Part shown: positions 9,164 to 18,440 of the stretch, piece by piece
Numbering within the stretch: position 1 is the first letter of the stretch
Layout: every line of letters starts with the position of its first letter
Origin: Boseongicola sp. SB0662_bin_57
GTDB lineage: Bacteria > Pseudomonadota > Alphaproteobacteria > Rhodobacterales > Rhodobacteraceae
Length of the DNA: 40,529 nucleotides
Direction of reading: 5' to 3'
NCBI GenBank assembly: GCA_009839535.1
Contig: VXPN01000263.1
Coordinates: forward strand, 1 to 40,529
Notes under the pieces: generated by a model
The model's input: the letters and a program-made list of their open reading frames with translations, nothing else
The model's database searches: none
Told to the model about the DNA's origin: nothing
Translations under genes and position numbers: made by a program

Positions 9164-11800
9164 TCATGGCGTTGTCGGAATTCGCAATGTACTGGAATTT
9201 GCAAAGTAGCGAGGGAGCTTGGCCTTCCACTCGCTCATCAGGATCAAGGCGCCCTCGACGGTTTCGCCGCTGTTAACCAATTCCAACTCGCCAACCGGCG
9301 TGGCATTGTCCCAACGGAAGTGATCCGAGAGGAAGGAAAGAACCTCCCGCTTGTAGGCCGTGTCGAGGTTGTCAAGCTGGTCGCCCTTGGTCTCGAGAGC
9401 CACGATCCGCCTGGCCGCTCCCTCACGCCGGACGGCAAAGATGAAGTCCGGGTAGATCTTCGCCGACTTCCACCCTTGGATGCCGTACTGCTTTCGCGCG
9501 ACGTTGCGGTGCCACCAGTCAAGCGTCTTCTCGCCGTCGATGTAGACCGCCACATCCCGCTCGTCACGGTTCATCTCGTTCTCGTAGACGGGCGAGAACA
9601 GGCTCCTTTCAAGCGGGCCGCCTGATTGGCTCGCGAGCTGGCGAGCGTTCTTTGGCTCAGTGGTCTCAACCCTTAAGGGCATTCGCCAGTTGCGGCCGTC
9701 GAGCCGCAAACGGAACTGAATGCGGCCCTCAAGCACCTCGTCCTTGAAATGGGCTTCGGCGCACGCGTTTCGCTTGACGTCTAGCCCCTTGCGCAGCTCT
9801 TCCACGATCAAGCTGGCGGTCCGGCCGAGCATGGCGTCGTCGAATCCTCGCGCCCGAAGTGCCGCCACCGTTGCGCCGACGATCTCGCGCCCCACGAAGG
9901 CGTTCTGAACGATGTCCGAGATCATCCGGACCGCGTGGGCCGGATCAAAGGCAAGGCTCTCCGGACTTTCAGTGACGGTCTTGCTGACGAACGGTTCGCC
10001 GCCCGTGTGCGCGATGCCGATCCTCTGGAGCTGGCTTTCCGCCGCTTGCGCGTTATCGGGCACGATCTCCGAGATTTCCTGCGGATCAAAGCCCCGCCAG
10101 TCGATCCTGGAGAGCAGATCCGTCTCGTAGTCTAGCTCGCGCGCGTCGCCACCTTCGACCACCATGACCTTCGGAAGATAGATTTCCGTTTTGGCGAAAG
10201 CCGGGCGGCGCTTGATCGGGCGGGGCGTGTCGCCGTTCCCGTCCTCGCCGTCCTGGGTCACGCTCAGGACCAGATCGCCGAGCCCGTCCCGTTCCAGGCC
10301 TTCCTTGATTCCGGCGACAACCGTCGCCGTGTTTGCGTGGTGCGTGATCACGTGGCACTCGTCGAGGGCCTCGACACCCGTCTTCAGGGCACCCGGCTGC
10401 CGGAGAATGCGGCCGACGAGCTGCGTCATGGCCTTCAGGTTGGAACTGGCAGCAAGGCTGCACAGCACGTAGGCGAACGGACAGTCCCAGCCCTCCTGAA
10501 GGGCCTGCTTGGTGACTATCGCCCGGACCCTGCTGGTCGAGGACAGAAGGTCCTGGTTCTCGGGGGCCTTCAGGTCGTTTTGCTGGGCCGTCTTGATCGC
10601 GATCTCCGCTTCATCGAAGCCGGCCGTCAGGAGCCATTCCTTCACGTCTTCGGCGTGGACATGGCCGCTTTCGCGCTGTTCGGCACCCGTGCGCTCGACC
10701 TGGATCAGCATGATCGGACGGATGTACCTGCCGGTTTCGGACAGCAGCGTCCGTGCTTCGGCATCCAGCGCCTGAAGCTTGGCCAGGGCGGCGTTCAGTG
10801 TCGCCTTCCAGTCGTTGCCCTGCCGGGGATCGAGGTTGAGCGGCATCTTGATCATGCCCTCCCGGTCCAGCTCGCGGCCTGTCACCTCGATCAGGACATT
10901 GGCGTAACGCCCGGCGTGATGTTTCCTCCTGCCGCCCGGCTTGACGTCCTGCGGCGTGGCGGTCAGCTCCAGGACGAAGCACGGATTGAAGCCGTAAAGC
11001 GTCCTGAACGCCAGGTCGGTGATGGCGCGGTGCCCTTCGTCCAGAACGACGACGGGACGGATGAGCCGCAAGGCGTTGCCAAGGGAGTCCTTCACCATCG
11101 GGAACATGTCGTCATAGGCGGCGAGGTTTGGAGTCGCCTCAAGCGCGGCCTTGTGCGCCAACTGCTCGCCCTCCGGCGGGAAGAAGCCATGCACGTCTCC
11201 CCGGTCCTGGAACATCTTCAGGGATTCCTGCGTCTCGCGGTTGGCTGACTGAAGCATGAGCAGCATCACGCAGAGATTGGATTCCACGTCTCGGGCGTCG
11301 AGACGGTCCGTCTTCTCCATGATCTTCACGCGTCCGGCGGCAGCGCGGTCGAGCGCCTGCCGGTAGGGATGCTGGCGGTTCTTCAGGTGCTTCAGGGTCT
11401 GCGTGTAGATCGCCTCGTTCGGCACGATCCACAGGACGAAGCCCGTGTTTTGTTCCAGATAGCGCCCCAGGATCCGGGACACGGACGAGATGGCAATCCA
11501 GGTCTTGCCGCCCGCCGTGGGCACCTTGAGAACGGCGTTCGGCACGGGGCGGTTGCGGCCGTCCCGTCTAGGCGAGAAAGGAATGTTCTTTCGGGACTTT
11601 GGCAGCCTGCGTTCCGAGCGAAGCACCTCCCATGCCTTCTCGGCTAAGTCGGGAATGGGAACGTCAAGATCGGGCTCGACGGCCGCAAGGGCCGCGATCC
11701 TGTCCGCCTTGCCCTTCTCCTCCTTGAGAACGTCGAGATAGCCTTCCAGCGCCGAGAACGCGCGATTCTGGTAGTCGAGTTTTCGAAAGCTGAAGCCCAA
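9164..11800 (-). CDS. res: Type III restriction-modification system, restriction subunit (Res; SF2 helicase plus C-terminal PD-(D/E)xK nuclease)
   Basis: Motif I is KVPTAGGKTWIA and motif II is VVVLDEGHRA (DEGH). Later helicase motifs are present (LIQVERTG, QEGWDCPFAYVL). The C-terminal nuclease signature is IYPDFIF...ALETKG. The track ORF starts at TTG 11914 and would overlap mod by about 110 nt. No ATG follows, so I take the in-frame TTG at 11800-11798, which sits 4 nt after the mod stop with GGAG upstream. The start is uncertain. Confidence 0.85.
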   Translation of the reverse strand: MGFSFRKLDYQNRAFSALEGYLDVLKEEKGKADRIAALAAVEPDLDVPIPDLAEKAWEVLRSERRLPKSRKNIPFSPRRDGRNRPVPNAVLKVPTAGGKTWIAISSVSRILGRYLEQNTGFVLWIVPNEAIYTQTLKHLKNRQHPYRQALDRAAAGRVKIMEKTDRLDARDVESNLCVMLLMLQSANRETQESLKMFQDRGDVHGFFPPEGEQLAHKAALEATPNLAAYDDMFPMVKDSLGNALRLIRPVVVLDEGHRAITDLAFRTLYGFNPCFVLELTATPQDVKPGGRRKHHAGRYANVLIEVTGRELDREGMIKMPLNLDPRQGNDWKATLNAALAKLQALDAEARTLLSETGRYIRPIMLIQVERTGAEQRESGHVHAEDVKEWLLTAGFDEAEIAIKTAQQNDLKAPENQDLLSSTSRVRAIVTKQALQEGWDCPFAYVLCSLAASSNLKAMTQLVGRILRQPGALKTGVEALDECHVITHHANTATVVAGIKEGLERDGLGDLVLSVTQDGEDGNGDTPRPIKRRPAFAKTEIYLPKVMVVEGGDARELDYETDLLSRIDWRGFDPQEISEIVPDNAQAAESQLQRIGIAHTGGEPFVSKTVTESPESLAFDPAHAVRMISDIVQNAFVGREIVGATVAALRARGFDDAMLGRTASLIVEELRKGLDVKRNACAEAHFKDEVLEGRIQFRLRLDGRNWRMPLRVETTEPKNARQLASQSGGPLERSLFSPVYENEMNRDERDVAVYIDGEKTLDWWHRNVARKQYGIQGWKSAKIYPDFIFAVRREGAARRIVALETKGDQLDNLDTAYKREVLSFLSDHFRWDNATPVGELELVNSGETVEGALILMSEWKAKLPRYFANSSTLRIPTTP

Positions 11801-11804
11801 GGGA

Positions 11805-13577
11805 TCAACTCCGGTCGATGCGATAGAGGGCGAAGGGCAGTGGCACAAATTCAACCGGGATGTTCTGCTCGGCCAGCATCTTCTGGCTGACGTACCTGGC
11901 TGGCGCGAACACAAGGTGCCGTGCCTCCGGATCCGTCTCTGCGAATTCCTTTGCCCGCTTGAGCGTCAACGCCGATTCCGGGGACTTGAGCCAGTCCAGG
12001 TCGGGCCTGTAGATCAACCAGACATGCTGACCCTCCGTCGCCCCGAGATGGAATTCGCTTTCGCGCATGACGTTCGGATCGAGAGCTCGGGCGGTCGCCA
12101 TGTGAAAGAGAACGGAGCCAATCGCGTCATAGGTCGGCAGCGTTTCGCCACGGAGCACCTTGTCCAGCTCTATCGGATCGCCAAGAGTGCAGTAGGTGAA
12201 GCTCCCGCCAAGGCCGTCGGTGCGTTCCTCGACGGCCTTCTCTCCCGTGACGATCAGCTCGCCGTCCGTCACGGTCTTCTTGATGGCGTCGTATTCGTGG
12301 CCGTGCAGGTTTTCGATCCCGTCAACGGATTCGTGGAGCTTTTGCCCCTGTTTGAGTTTGGTCCACGTCAGCTTTTCGCGGAGAAGCTCGGTGCGCTGCG
12401 TGCCCCGGTAAGCGTGGCCGTTGATCACACGGCGCACCCGCTCCGCAGTTAGCCTGTCCGCATAGTCTTCCATCTCGATCAGGATGAACCGGCGATTTCC
12501 GCCATCCCGCTTGTTTGCCTGCAAGACTGCCTGAGCAGTGGTGCCTGATCCAGCGAAACTGTCGAGGACCAGAGCGTCTTCCTTGGGATGTTGCGAGACC
12601 AGGAATTCAATCAGGTCCGGCGGTTTGGGAAATTCGAAGTCACGATTGCCCATTATCCGTTCAAAGGCGACAGTTCCATCGCGTGTGTGAATCGGCAACT
12701 CAATCACGCTGGATGTATTGGTATGGTCGCCAAGATCGTCGAGAAACACTTTCTCTCTGGGACGGCCCTTTGCATCTGGAGGCCAAAGCACGCGCCCTTC
12801 GTCGATCAGGCGTTTCATTCGTTCCTGACCATATCGCCATCCTCTCTTGGGGCAGCCGAAGTTGAGTCCGGTCTCCGGATCGATCAGGTCGTAATGCAAG
12901 TTTGGCCTTGCTTCCCTTGATGCCATGCCAACCATGTTGCCACTGGACCACGGTCCTCGCTCGTCTTCGTCGGGATTCTGGAAGCTGGCTCCAAGTCTTT
13001 GATCGCCGAGGATGCCCTTCCCCACGACAATGATGAATTCATGATCGTTGGAAAGCCCGCTCTTGTTCCGGTTGTCCTTGTTCTGACGCGACTTCCAGAC
13101 GAGCTGGCCTATGAAGTTTTCCGGGCCGAATATCTCCCAGACAAGATGAACGAGACGGGCGTTTTCGATGTCGTCGATCGAGATGAAGAGCAGTCCGTCA
13201 TCTGCCAGCAGCTCTCTCAGCAGCCGCAGCCTGGGCCACATCATGGCGCACCACTTGTCGTGACGTAGGCCGTCCTCGATTCCAACCGGATTGGATTCGA
13301 GCCATTCCCTGATCATTGGGGCGTTGACGTTGTCGTTGTAGCGCCAGCCTTCGTTGCCGGTGTTGTACGGCGGGTCTATGAAGATGCAGTCCACCTTTCC
13401 CGCGTAGAGCGGCATGAGCGCCTTGAGGGCGTGCAGGTTGTCTCCGTGAACGATCAGGTTGCCGTCGAGCGCCACAGGACCGATGCCCTTGCTCTCCTCT
13501 GGCACCAGCGGCCTGAACGGCACCGCAAGATGGTGGTTGTAGACAAACTCCTTGCCTTTGAAGTTAAGTTCCGTCAT
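11805..13577 (-). CDS. mod: Type III restriction-modification system, methyltransferase subunit (Mod; beta-class N6-adenine/N4-cytosine MTase)
   Basis: Motif IV FIDPPYNTGNEGW is N-terminal and the AdoMet motif I VLDSFAGSGTTAQAV is C-terminal, with a long variable (TRD-like) region between them. This is the Type III Mod order. The ATG at 13577 (MTELNFKGKEF) has GAGAGG upstream. The track's longer start is 13610. Confidence 0.9.
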   Translation of the reverse strand: MTELNFKGKEFVYNHHLAVPFRPLVPEESKGIGPVALDGNLIVHGDNLHALKALMPLYAGKVDCIFIDPPYNTGNEGWRYNDNVNAPMIREWLESNPVGIEDGLRHDKWCAMMWPRLRLLRELLADDGLLFISIDDIENARLVHLVWEIFGPENFIGQLVWKSRQNKDNRNKSGLSNDHEFIIVVGKGILGDQRLGASFQNPDEDERGPWSSGNMVGMASREARPNLHYDLIDPETGLNFGCPKRGWRYGQERMKRLIDEGRVLWPPDAKGRPREKVFLDDLGDHTNTSSVIELPIHTRDGTVAFERIMGNRDFEFPKPPDLIEFLVSQHPKEDALVLDSFAGSGTTAQAVLQANKRDGGNRRFILIEMEDYADRLTAERVRRVINGHAYRGTQRTELLREKLTWTKLKQGQKLHESVDGIENLHGHEYDAIKKTVTDGELIVTGEKAVEERTDGLGGSFTYCTLGDPIELDKVLRGETLPTYDAIGSVLFHMATARALDPNVMRESEFHLGATEGQHVWLIYRPDLDWLKSPESALTLKRAKEFAETDPEARHLVFAPARYVSQKMLAEQNIPVEFVPLPFALYRIDRS

Positions 13578-13760
13578 GCGTGCCTCTCTTGAAGAGCCGT
13601 CGCGCTGCATGAAAGCAGCCGCGGCTCGTCTGTATCATTCCAAAGCCAACTTGCGAGAGCCATCCTTTGTCAAGACCCGCAAATTGCCATGAGCCGCTCA
13701 CTCGTGCTGACCGTGGCCAACTCTTCGCCGGGCAAAACCCAACTCAATCCGGACATCGAC

Positions 13761-16700
13761 TTATCCGGAGCGCAGAGACCTGAGCCACTCCAGCGTCTTG
13801 AGGACGGGTGCGTTCTGCTGGTCCACCGGGATGTGGGGTGGTTCATCCAAGTCCAGGACTACGGTCGTCATGTCGTTGGTTGGTATTTCCCATGCGTTGA
13901 TGACGGCCAGATCACGCTTGCCTATTGGCAGGTCGAAAATGGGCTTTGGCGCCGCCTGCTCGTTTGGCATGTGTGCGGGCATCAGCACATACCGACCATG
14001 ACGCGCGTACTCCGCGAGGAACTGATCAAGGTTCTGTGTCGAATTCGGGTACATGCGATGGAAGCGTGACACAAATCCGAGGACATTCTCATCCGATAGG
14101 GGAACATTGTCCGGGTTTGGGCTGACCATCACGGCATACGCAGCAGGCCTGTCGCGCGATATGCCGCGAACGATCGTGATCTTGAGATCGTCCTTGAAGT
14201 CGTCATCGCCGTACCGTTTGCGCCAAGACCTGAAGATGTCTTTGGCGGCCGCAAGGTTCTTGTACACAAGTCCCAGCATGGGCGGCTGCATGTCGGGACC
14301 GGGCGGGGACCTCATGAAGAGGGTGGCGTACCATTTCGCCTTGTCCCACTTTTGCACATCAATGGGCGAGATCCAGCGCGTCTTCGAGTGCTTGCCTTTG
14401 GCCACATCCCGCAGTTCTTTGGGCGCAAGGCCTTCGCCACGCTTTGCGTTGCCAATCGACTTGATTGCATCTGGAACTGGTGCGGGGGGCCAAGCTTCCG
14501 TGCGTTTGACTTCATAGATGGGATCGGCAGGATCGATCCAATCGGCGAGCGAAAGCCGTGCGCGATCACCATGCAGTTCATCAAGCATCATGGGAACGTT
14601 AGAGAACGTCAGCGCGCGATCCAGGGCGCGTTCATCTTCGAACAGCGCCTTTCCCCACGTCTCGGCATCCAGAGGCGCAGCGAAGCGAAGGAAGATCTCG
14701 AGAACGGCATCCTTCATCCAACGCGGAAACGACAGCACGTCTTCCTTGGTCTTGTATTCCATGACCAAGCGATGCGTGATCGTACCGACCGGCTCGCCTT
14801 CAACATCGGAAAACGTCAGAACCGGGCTGAGGCCAACGTCATCGGACGGCATTACCCGCAGTTGCAAGTGGTCCACCTGAGGAAAGATGCGATGATCGAG
14901 ACTCGTCGCAAGCAAGGCTTCCAGTGACCCAAGGACGGCCTCGCCAATTCCGATGGAAACAAGATTGTTGGTGCAGGCCACCTCGATGCGGCACCCGAGC
15001 ACGTTGGATGAGAGCGTGACGGTTTCCCCAAGGGCGAAATCTGGAACCGGATAGTCCGCTTTCACGCCGGATTCGCGCAAGTCTCGCATGATGGTCTCTA
15101 CCCCTTCAGATGTTTCTTGGTCCGGCATCCAACCTTCCATTCTCAGGATGTCTTCATTGCCCATCAGGTAGAGCAGAGCGCAGCGTGACATCGGCAACGC
15201 GAGCCTTTCGAGGGCGTCGGGAAGTTGAGCGATGTCGCCCAATTCAGCGACGGGTGTTTGCAACAGCAGCGATGCGATCTGCGTCATGTGCGCCGCATGC
15301 ATCTGGTCGAGGCGGCGACGCTGCCCGTCAGTGCGCGCTTGTGCGTTGCGAACGATCAGCTCCAACTCGTGCGCACTCAAGATCTGTGGAACGCGACCGA
15401 GTTTCAATTCGGTATCGAAGTGCCTGGACAAGACAGAAGCCCGAAGCGCGCCAATGCTGCCATGCCTCTTGAAGTTCGAGAATTCCTGACTGACGGCGGC
15501 GAGGGTGTAGTTCCTGGCAGCCCACGGAAGGCCGACTTCTTCGAAGGCGAATCCTGCGCCTATCAAGGCGTCGACAAGGACGTCTTCGTACTCCTCCTTG
15601 ATGAGGAGCGTGAGGGCGCGGCCGAACCAGCGGATCGCTTCGCAGGGCAGTCCCTTTGCAAGCTTCTGGTACGCCCGTTGCACGTTCTTCCCTGCCGCCT
15701 CGCCTTCCCCGCTACGTGACGCGAGGGCATCGGTGATAGTTTCGAACAGCGTGTCGAATTCGTCGCTGTCAGCGATGAACTCGCCGATTTGTGTGAGGGC
15801 ATCTGCGATGCTGGTGAACGGGAATGTCCCTAGCCCTTCGGCTCGTTTGATGACGTCGGTGAACGAGACCCAGATGTCCTTGAGCGGGTCGTCGCGATGC
15901 TCAACTCCTTTTTCGGAGACGCGGGTCATCAGCAACATGGCTTCGGCATGTAGCGCGTTGTTTGGGCGGTTGGTCTGCACCGCCAGGGCTTCCAGCGCGG
16001 ACTTGAGTGCGGCGGTGCGGTCCTTGAGCTTTCCTTTCGATGCTTCCATCGAACCCGTATGAACACTCACTCGTATGAGGGGCAGCAAATTGCTCAGACG
16101 CTCCAGATCATTCGCATCGTCGGAACCGAGAGCTAGACGTTCGACATCGTCATAGAGTTCAGACGTGCGAAGGTGGTCCTCATGCCAGAAATGAGAGGTC
16201 CACGCCCACTCGTAGGCAATCGCGAGTTCGAGCCTTTTGAGGTATTTGTCTCGCGCGAGACGAAGTGCGCGATCGAAACGCCCGTTCACGTCGGCGCTCG
16301 AATGCTCCAATCCTCGAGCCAGAAGCGCGGCACGCCGTGCATCCTCGACCAGCGCGACAGATTGCCCCTGATACTGCGAGGCGTCAGCGATCCTTGCCTC
16401 AAGGGCCTCCAGTTCCGCCGAGCGTTTCGTATCACTTGGCCCCTGCTTCCTGGCTTGCTTCTCCGTACCCTTGCCAACGCCAAGCTCCTCGACGGCAATG
16501 GCCATGCTGTCGTGCTTGAAGACGCGGTCGAGCAGCCACGTGCGATCCAGAATTGTGACTGGAATGCCGTGCTCCTTTGTCAGCCCGTCCTGCAGGTCGG
16601 CCGATTTCTTCGCAGGGACGAACTGGTTCGTTACGCAGATGATCTGATCGTAATCTCGCTTGGTGCCAGCGATTGCGGCGACGTCAGACCTGATTTTCGG

Positions 16701-17084
16701 TCGCCAGTCCTTCTTGGCGCTGAACGCGAAGGCCTTGCGCTCGCCGGCCTTGTCGTTGTCGGGCACGTACCAGCGTGCAGAGACTTCACTCGACACGGGG
16801 AATGTCTCTGCGTCGGTCTTGCCGTCACCCCCTCCAATCGGACCCGTCTGAGGACGAATGTTCGGCGCGATGAACTTTTCGCAAAGGCGCTGCGCGAAAT
16901 TCTCGAATGCGGTTTCGTCCTTCTGGTTGGTGAGCGTATCGAGGTGGTGGGACAAAACTTCGCGGCCGACCTCGTATTCCACTTCCGACACTGAATCGGA
17001 GAACAGGTCGGGGTGGCGGTCGCGCATGTAGCGGGACGGCGCATACTTCGTTTCAACGGGTGCGGTCTTTGCTTGTTCGGTCAT
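13761..17084 (-). CDS. Uncharacterised 1107-aa protein: N-terminal Mrr-like PD-(D/E)xK nuclease fold, helical-repeat middle, unknown C-terminal domain, no NTPase
   Basis: The N-terminus FENFAQRLCEKFIAPNIRPQTGPIGGGDGKTDAE...RKAFAFSAKKDW...IICVTNQFV fits the Mrr-type pattern (FE..h...L, G.GDGG.D, h.QxK-like SAKK). It is followed by about 500 aa of TPR-like helices and a mixed C-terminal region. The gene ends 183 nt upstream of mod on the same strand. Confidence 0.75.
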   Translation of the reverse strand: MTEQAKTAPVETKYAPSRYMRDRHPDLFSDSVSEVEYEVGREVLSHHLDTLTNQKDETAFENFAQRLCEKFIAPNIRPQTGPIGGGDGKTDAETFPVSSEVSARWYVPDNDKAGERKAFAFSAKKDWRPKIRSDVAAIAGTKRDYDQIICVTNQFVPAKKSADLQDGLTKEHGIPVTILDRTWLLDRVFKHDSMAIAVEELGVGKGTEKQARKQGPSDTKRSAELEALEARIADASQYQGQSVALVEDARRAALLARGLEHSSADVNGRFDRALRLARDKYLKRLELAIAYEWAWTSHFWHEDHLRTSELYDDVERLALGSDDANDLERLSNLLPLIRVSVHTGSMEASKGKLKDRTAALKSALEALAVQTNRPNNALHAEAMLLMTRVSEKGVEHRDDPLKDIWVSFTDVIKRAEGLGTFPFTSIADALTQIGEFIADSDEFDTLFETITDALASRSGEGEAAGKNVQRAYQKLAKGLPCEAIRWFGRALTLLIKEEYEDVLVDALIGAGFAFEEVGLPWAARNYTLAAVSQEFSNFKRHGSIGALRASVLSRHFDTELKLGRVPQILSAHELELIVRNAQARTDGQRRRLDQMHAAHMTQIASLLLQTPVAELGDIAQLPDALERLALPMSRCALLYLMGNEDILRMEGWMPDQETSEGVETIMRDLRESGVKADYPVPDFALGETVTLSSNVLGCRIEVACTNNLVSIGIGEAVLGSLEALLATSLDHRIFPQVDHLQLRVMPSDDVGLSPVLTFSDVEGEPVGTITHRLVMEYKTKEDVLSFPRWMKDAVLEIFLRFAAPLDAETWGKALFEDERALDRALTFSNVPMMLDELHGDRARLSLADWIDPADPIYEVKRTEAWPPAPVPDAIKSIGNAKRGEGLAPKELRDVAKGKHSKTRWISPIDVQKWDKAKWYATLFMRSPPGPDMQPPMLGLVYKNLAAAKDIFRSWRKRYGDDDFKDDLKITIVRGISRDRPAAYAVMVSPNPDNVPLSDENVLGFVSRFHRMYPNSTQNLDQFLAEYARHGRYVLMPAHMPNEQAAPKPIFDLPIGKRDLAVINAWEIPTNDMTTVVLDLDEPPHIPVDQQNAPVLKTLEWLRSLRSG

Positions 17085-17266
17085 GGGTCAACAACTTGGG
17101 ATGTAGCACCACTTAAGAAGTAGTGGTCGTTATGGAAAGCCCCAAATGTAGCGTACGACTCGTGAAGGTCTACGCTAAACGGCCGCTCAACGCGCCCGAC
17201 GCAGCGGTGGTCCAATTTCTCTTCAGATGTCGTCTGGTGGCGTAGCGGAATTCCGTAGAAGGTTGC

Positions 17267-17485
17267 TCAACACCGCTCGAATTCGGGGAAGATCCCGCGG
17301 TCGTGCTCGGCTCCCTGGTCCCGGACCAGGCCGAGCTCCCGCCCCAGCGTCTCCTGCCGCCTGCACCACGGCGACGGGTTCCAGGACATGGACTCGCGGT
17401 GCAGCGCGTGAAGCGTCGCCTTCGCCCTCTCCCTCGCCGCGCCGCCGGGCAGCCGCTCCATGACCGGCCCCTTGAGCGTCGGCAC
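17267..17485 (-). CDS. Small hypothetical protein (64-72 aa)
   Basis: Chosen from several overlapping ORFs because third-codon positions are almost all G/C in this frame (MPTLKGPVMERLPGGAARERAKATLHALHRESMSWNPSPW...). No family is recognised. It lies at the low-coordinate end of the very high-GC mobilization block. Confidence 0.35.
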   Translation of the reverse strand: MPTLKGPVMERLPGGAARERAKATLHALHRESMSWNPSPWCRRQETLGRELGLVRDQGAEHDRGIFPEFERC

Positions 17486-17728
17486 GGCAAATGATGGTGC
17501 GGCTTTCAGATTGTTCGATGGTCTTTGTGAGGTGTCGTTCGGTCAACGTTGGCGCAGCAAGTCGTTCCGGACGGGCGGAGCCTGACCACCTTGAGATCGT
17601 TGAGGGCGAGGCGATCGGCGGCCTCGAGGCCGGGTTCCGGATCGTGCGGGAGCGGCAGCGTTCGTGTCGCCGGCCAAGGCCGGATTTGGGTTGGGCGGCG
17701 GTTCCGGGAATCGGGACCGGCGAGTCCG

Positions 17729-18424
17729 TCAAAATGACGGCGGGGCCACGTTGATCCTGCAGGACACGATCCCGCCGCGCTCCCTGGCCGACTCCACGCA
17801 CCTGTCAAGGGATTCGCGGTCATGCCTGTATATCCTGTTCGCGCGGACGAGGTTTGAATGGGACTTGCGGTCGGAGTAGTAGAGAATGTCCAGTCCCGTC
17901 TGCCAGGACGTCTCGGAATTCGCCGCGCGCCAGAACCAGCTGGCGTGCACGGGGTGAACGGCGACCGCGGCGACGAGCCACAGGACAGCCATCGCGCCGG
18001 CCCCGGCCGCGAGGAACGCCATGTTCCGCCTGTGCTGCCTGCGGGCGTCCCGGTCCCGCTTGAGCGCCTCGCCGACCATGGCGGTCGCGGCGTCGAGCGC
18101 CTTCCTCGACTTTGCGGCCTCCTCCCGGAAAAGGGCGACCGCGCTGGCGGCCGCCGCGTCCATCACGGCGGCATGGTCCTCCGCCGTGGTGGCGAGCGCC
18201 GGCGCGGCCCCGACGGCCTTGATCCCCTCGGTGTTGGCCTTGACAGCCTTCGCCAACGCGCCGATGTCGCTCCCGTAGTCCGCCGGGGTCTCCCTCTCGT
18301 CAAGCAGCTCGTAGATCGCCTCCAGGGCCTTGCGCTGCACCGACATCTCCGCGACGAGGTCGGCGATCGTGCTCGCCCGCCCAGGCCCGCCGTCCTGCTG
18401 CATCCGTCCGTCCCTCTCCGTCAT
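17729..18424 (-). CDS. Hypothetical coiled-coil protein with one predicted TM helix, downstream of the relaxase
   Basis: The ATG at 18424 has GGGAGG 7 nt upstream and lies 17 nt after the relaxase stop. The hydrophobic stretch is MAFLAAGAGAMAVLWLVAAVAV. Composition is typical of relaxase-adjacent accessory proteins. Function unknown. Confidence 0.6.
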   Translation of the reverse strand: MTERDGRMQQDGGPGRASTIADLVAEMSVQRKALEAIYELLDERETPADYGSDIGALAKAVKANTEGIKAVGAAPALATTAEDHAAVMDAAAASAVALFREEAAKSRKALDAATAMVGEALKRDRDARRQHRRNMAFLAAGAGAMAVLWLVAAVAVHPVHASWFWRAANSETSWQTGLDILYYSDRKSHSNLVRANRIYRHDRESLDRCVESARERGGIVSCRINVAPPSF

Positions 18425-18440
18425 CCGCCGTCCTCCCGCC

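Noticed and set aside
9122-13268. Plus-strand ORFs of 60-303 aa inside res and mod (for example 10337-11248 and 11916-12452)
   Set aside because: They are antisense to genes with complete Type III Res and Mod motif sets and contain no motifs of their own.
11805-13577. Simple-sequence repeats in mod that would indicate a phase-variable Type III phasevarion
   Set aside because: Scanning the mod and res coding regions by eye, I saw no homopolymer or tetra/pentanucleotide tract long enough to mediate slipped-strand switching.
16770-16800. GGGDGKT in the 1107-aa protein as a possible Walker A P-loop
   Set aside because: The residue at the required first Gly/Ala position is Ile (IGGGDGKT). There is no Walker B or other NTPase motif downstream. 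The surrounding pattern (FE..F...L before it, FSAKK after it) fits an Mrr-type nuclease metal site instead. The nucleotide coordinates are approximate.
17486-17728. Possible small gene(s) between the 72-aa ORF and the 231-aa ORF (frames giving LPLPHDPEPGLEAADRLALNDLKVVRLRPSG on the minus strand or PDHLEIVEGEAIGGLEAGFRIVRERQ on the plus strand)
   Set aside because: Both strands show similar G/C bias at third codon positions, and neither frame has a usable start codon with an RBS. I cannot decide from sequence alone.
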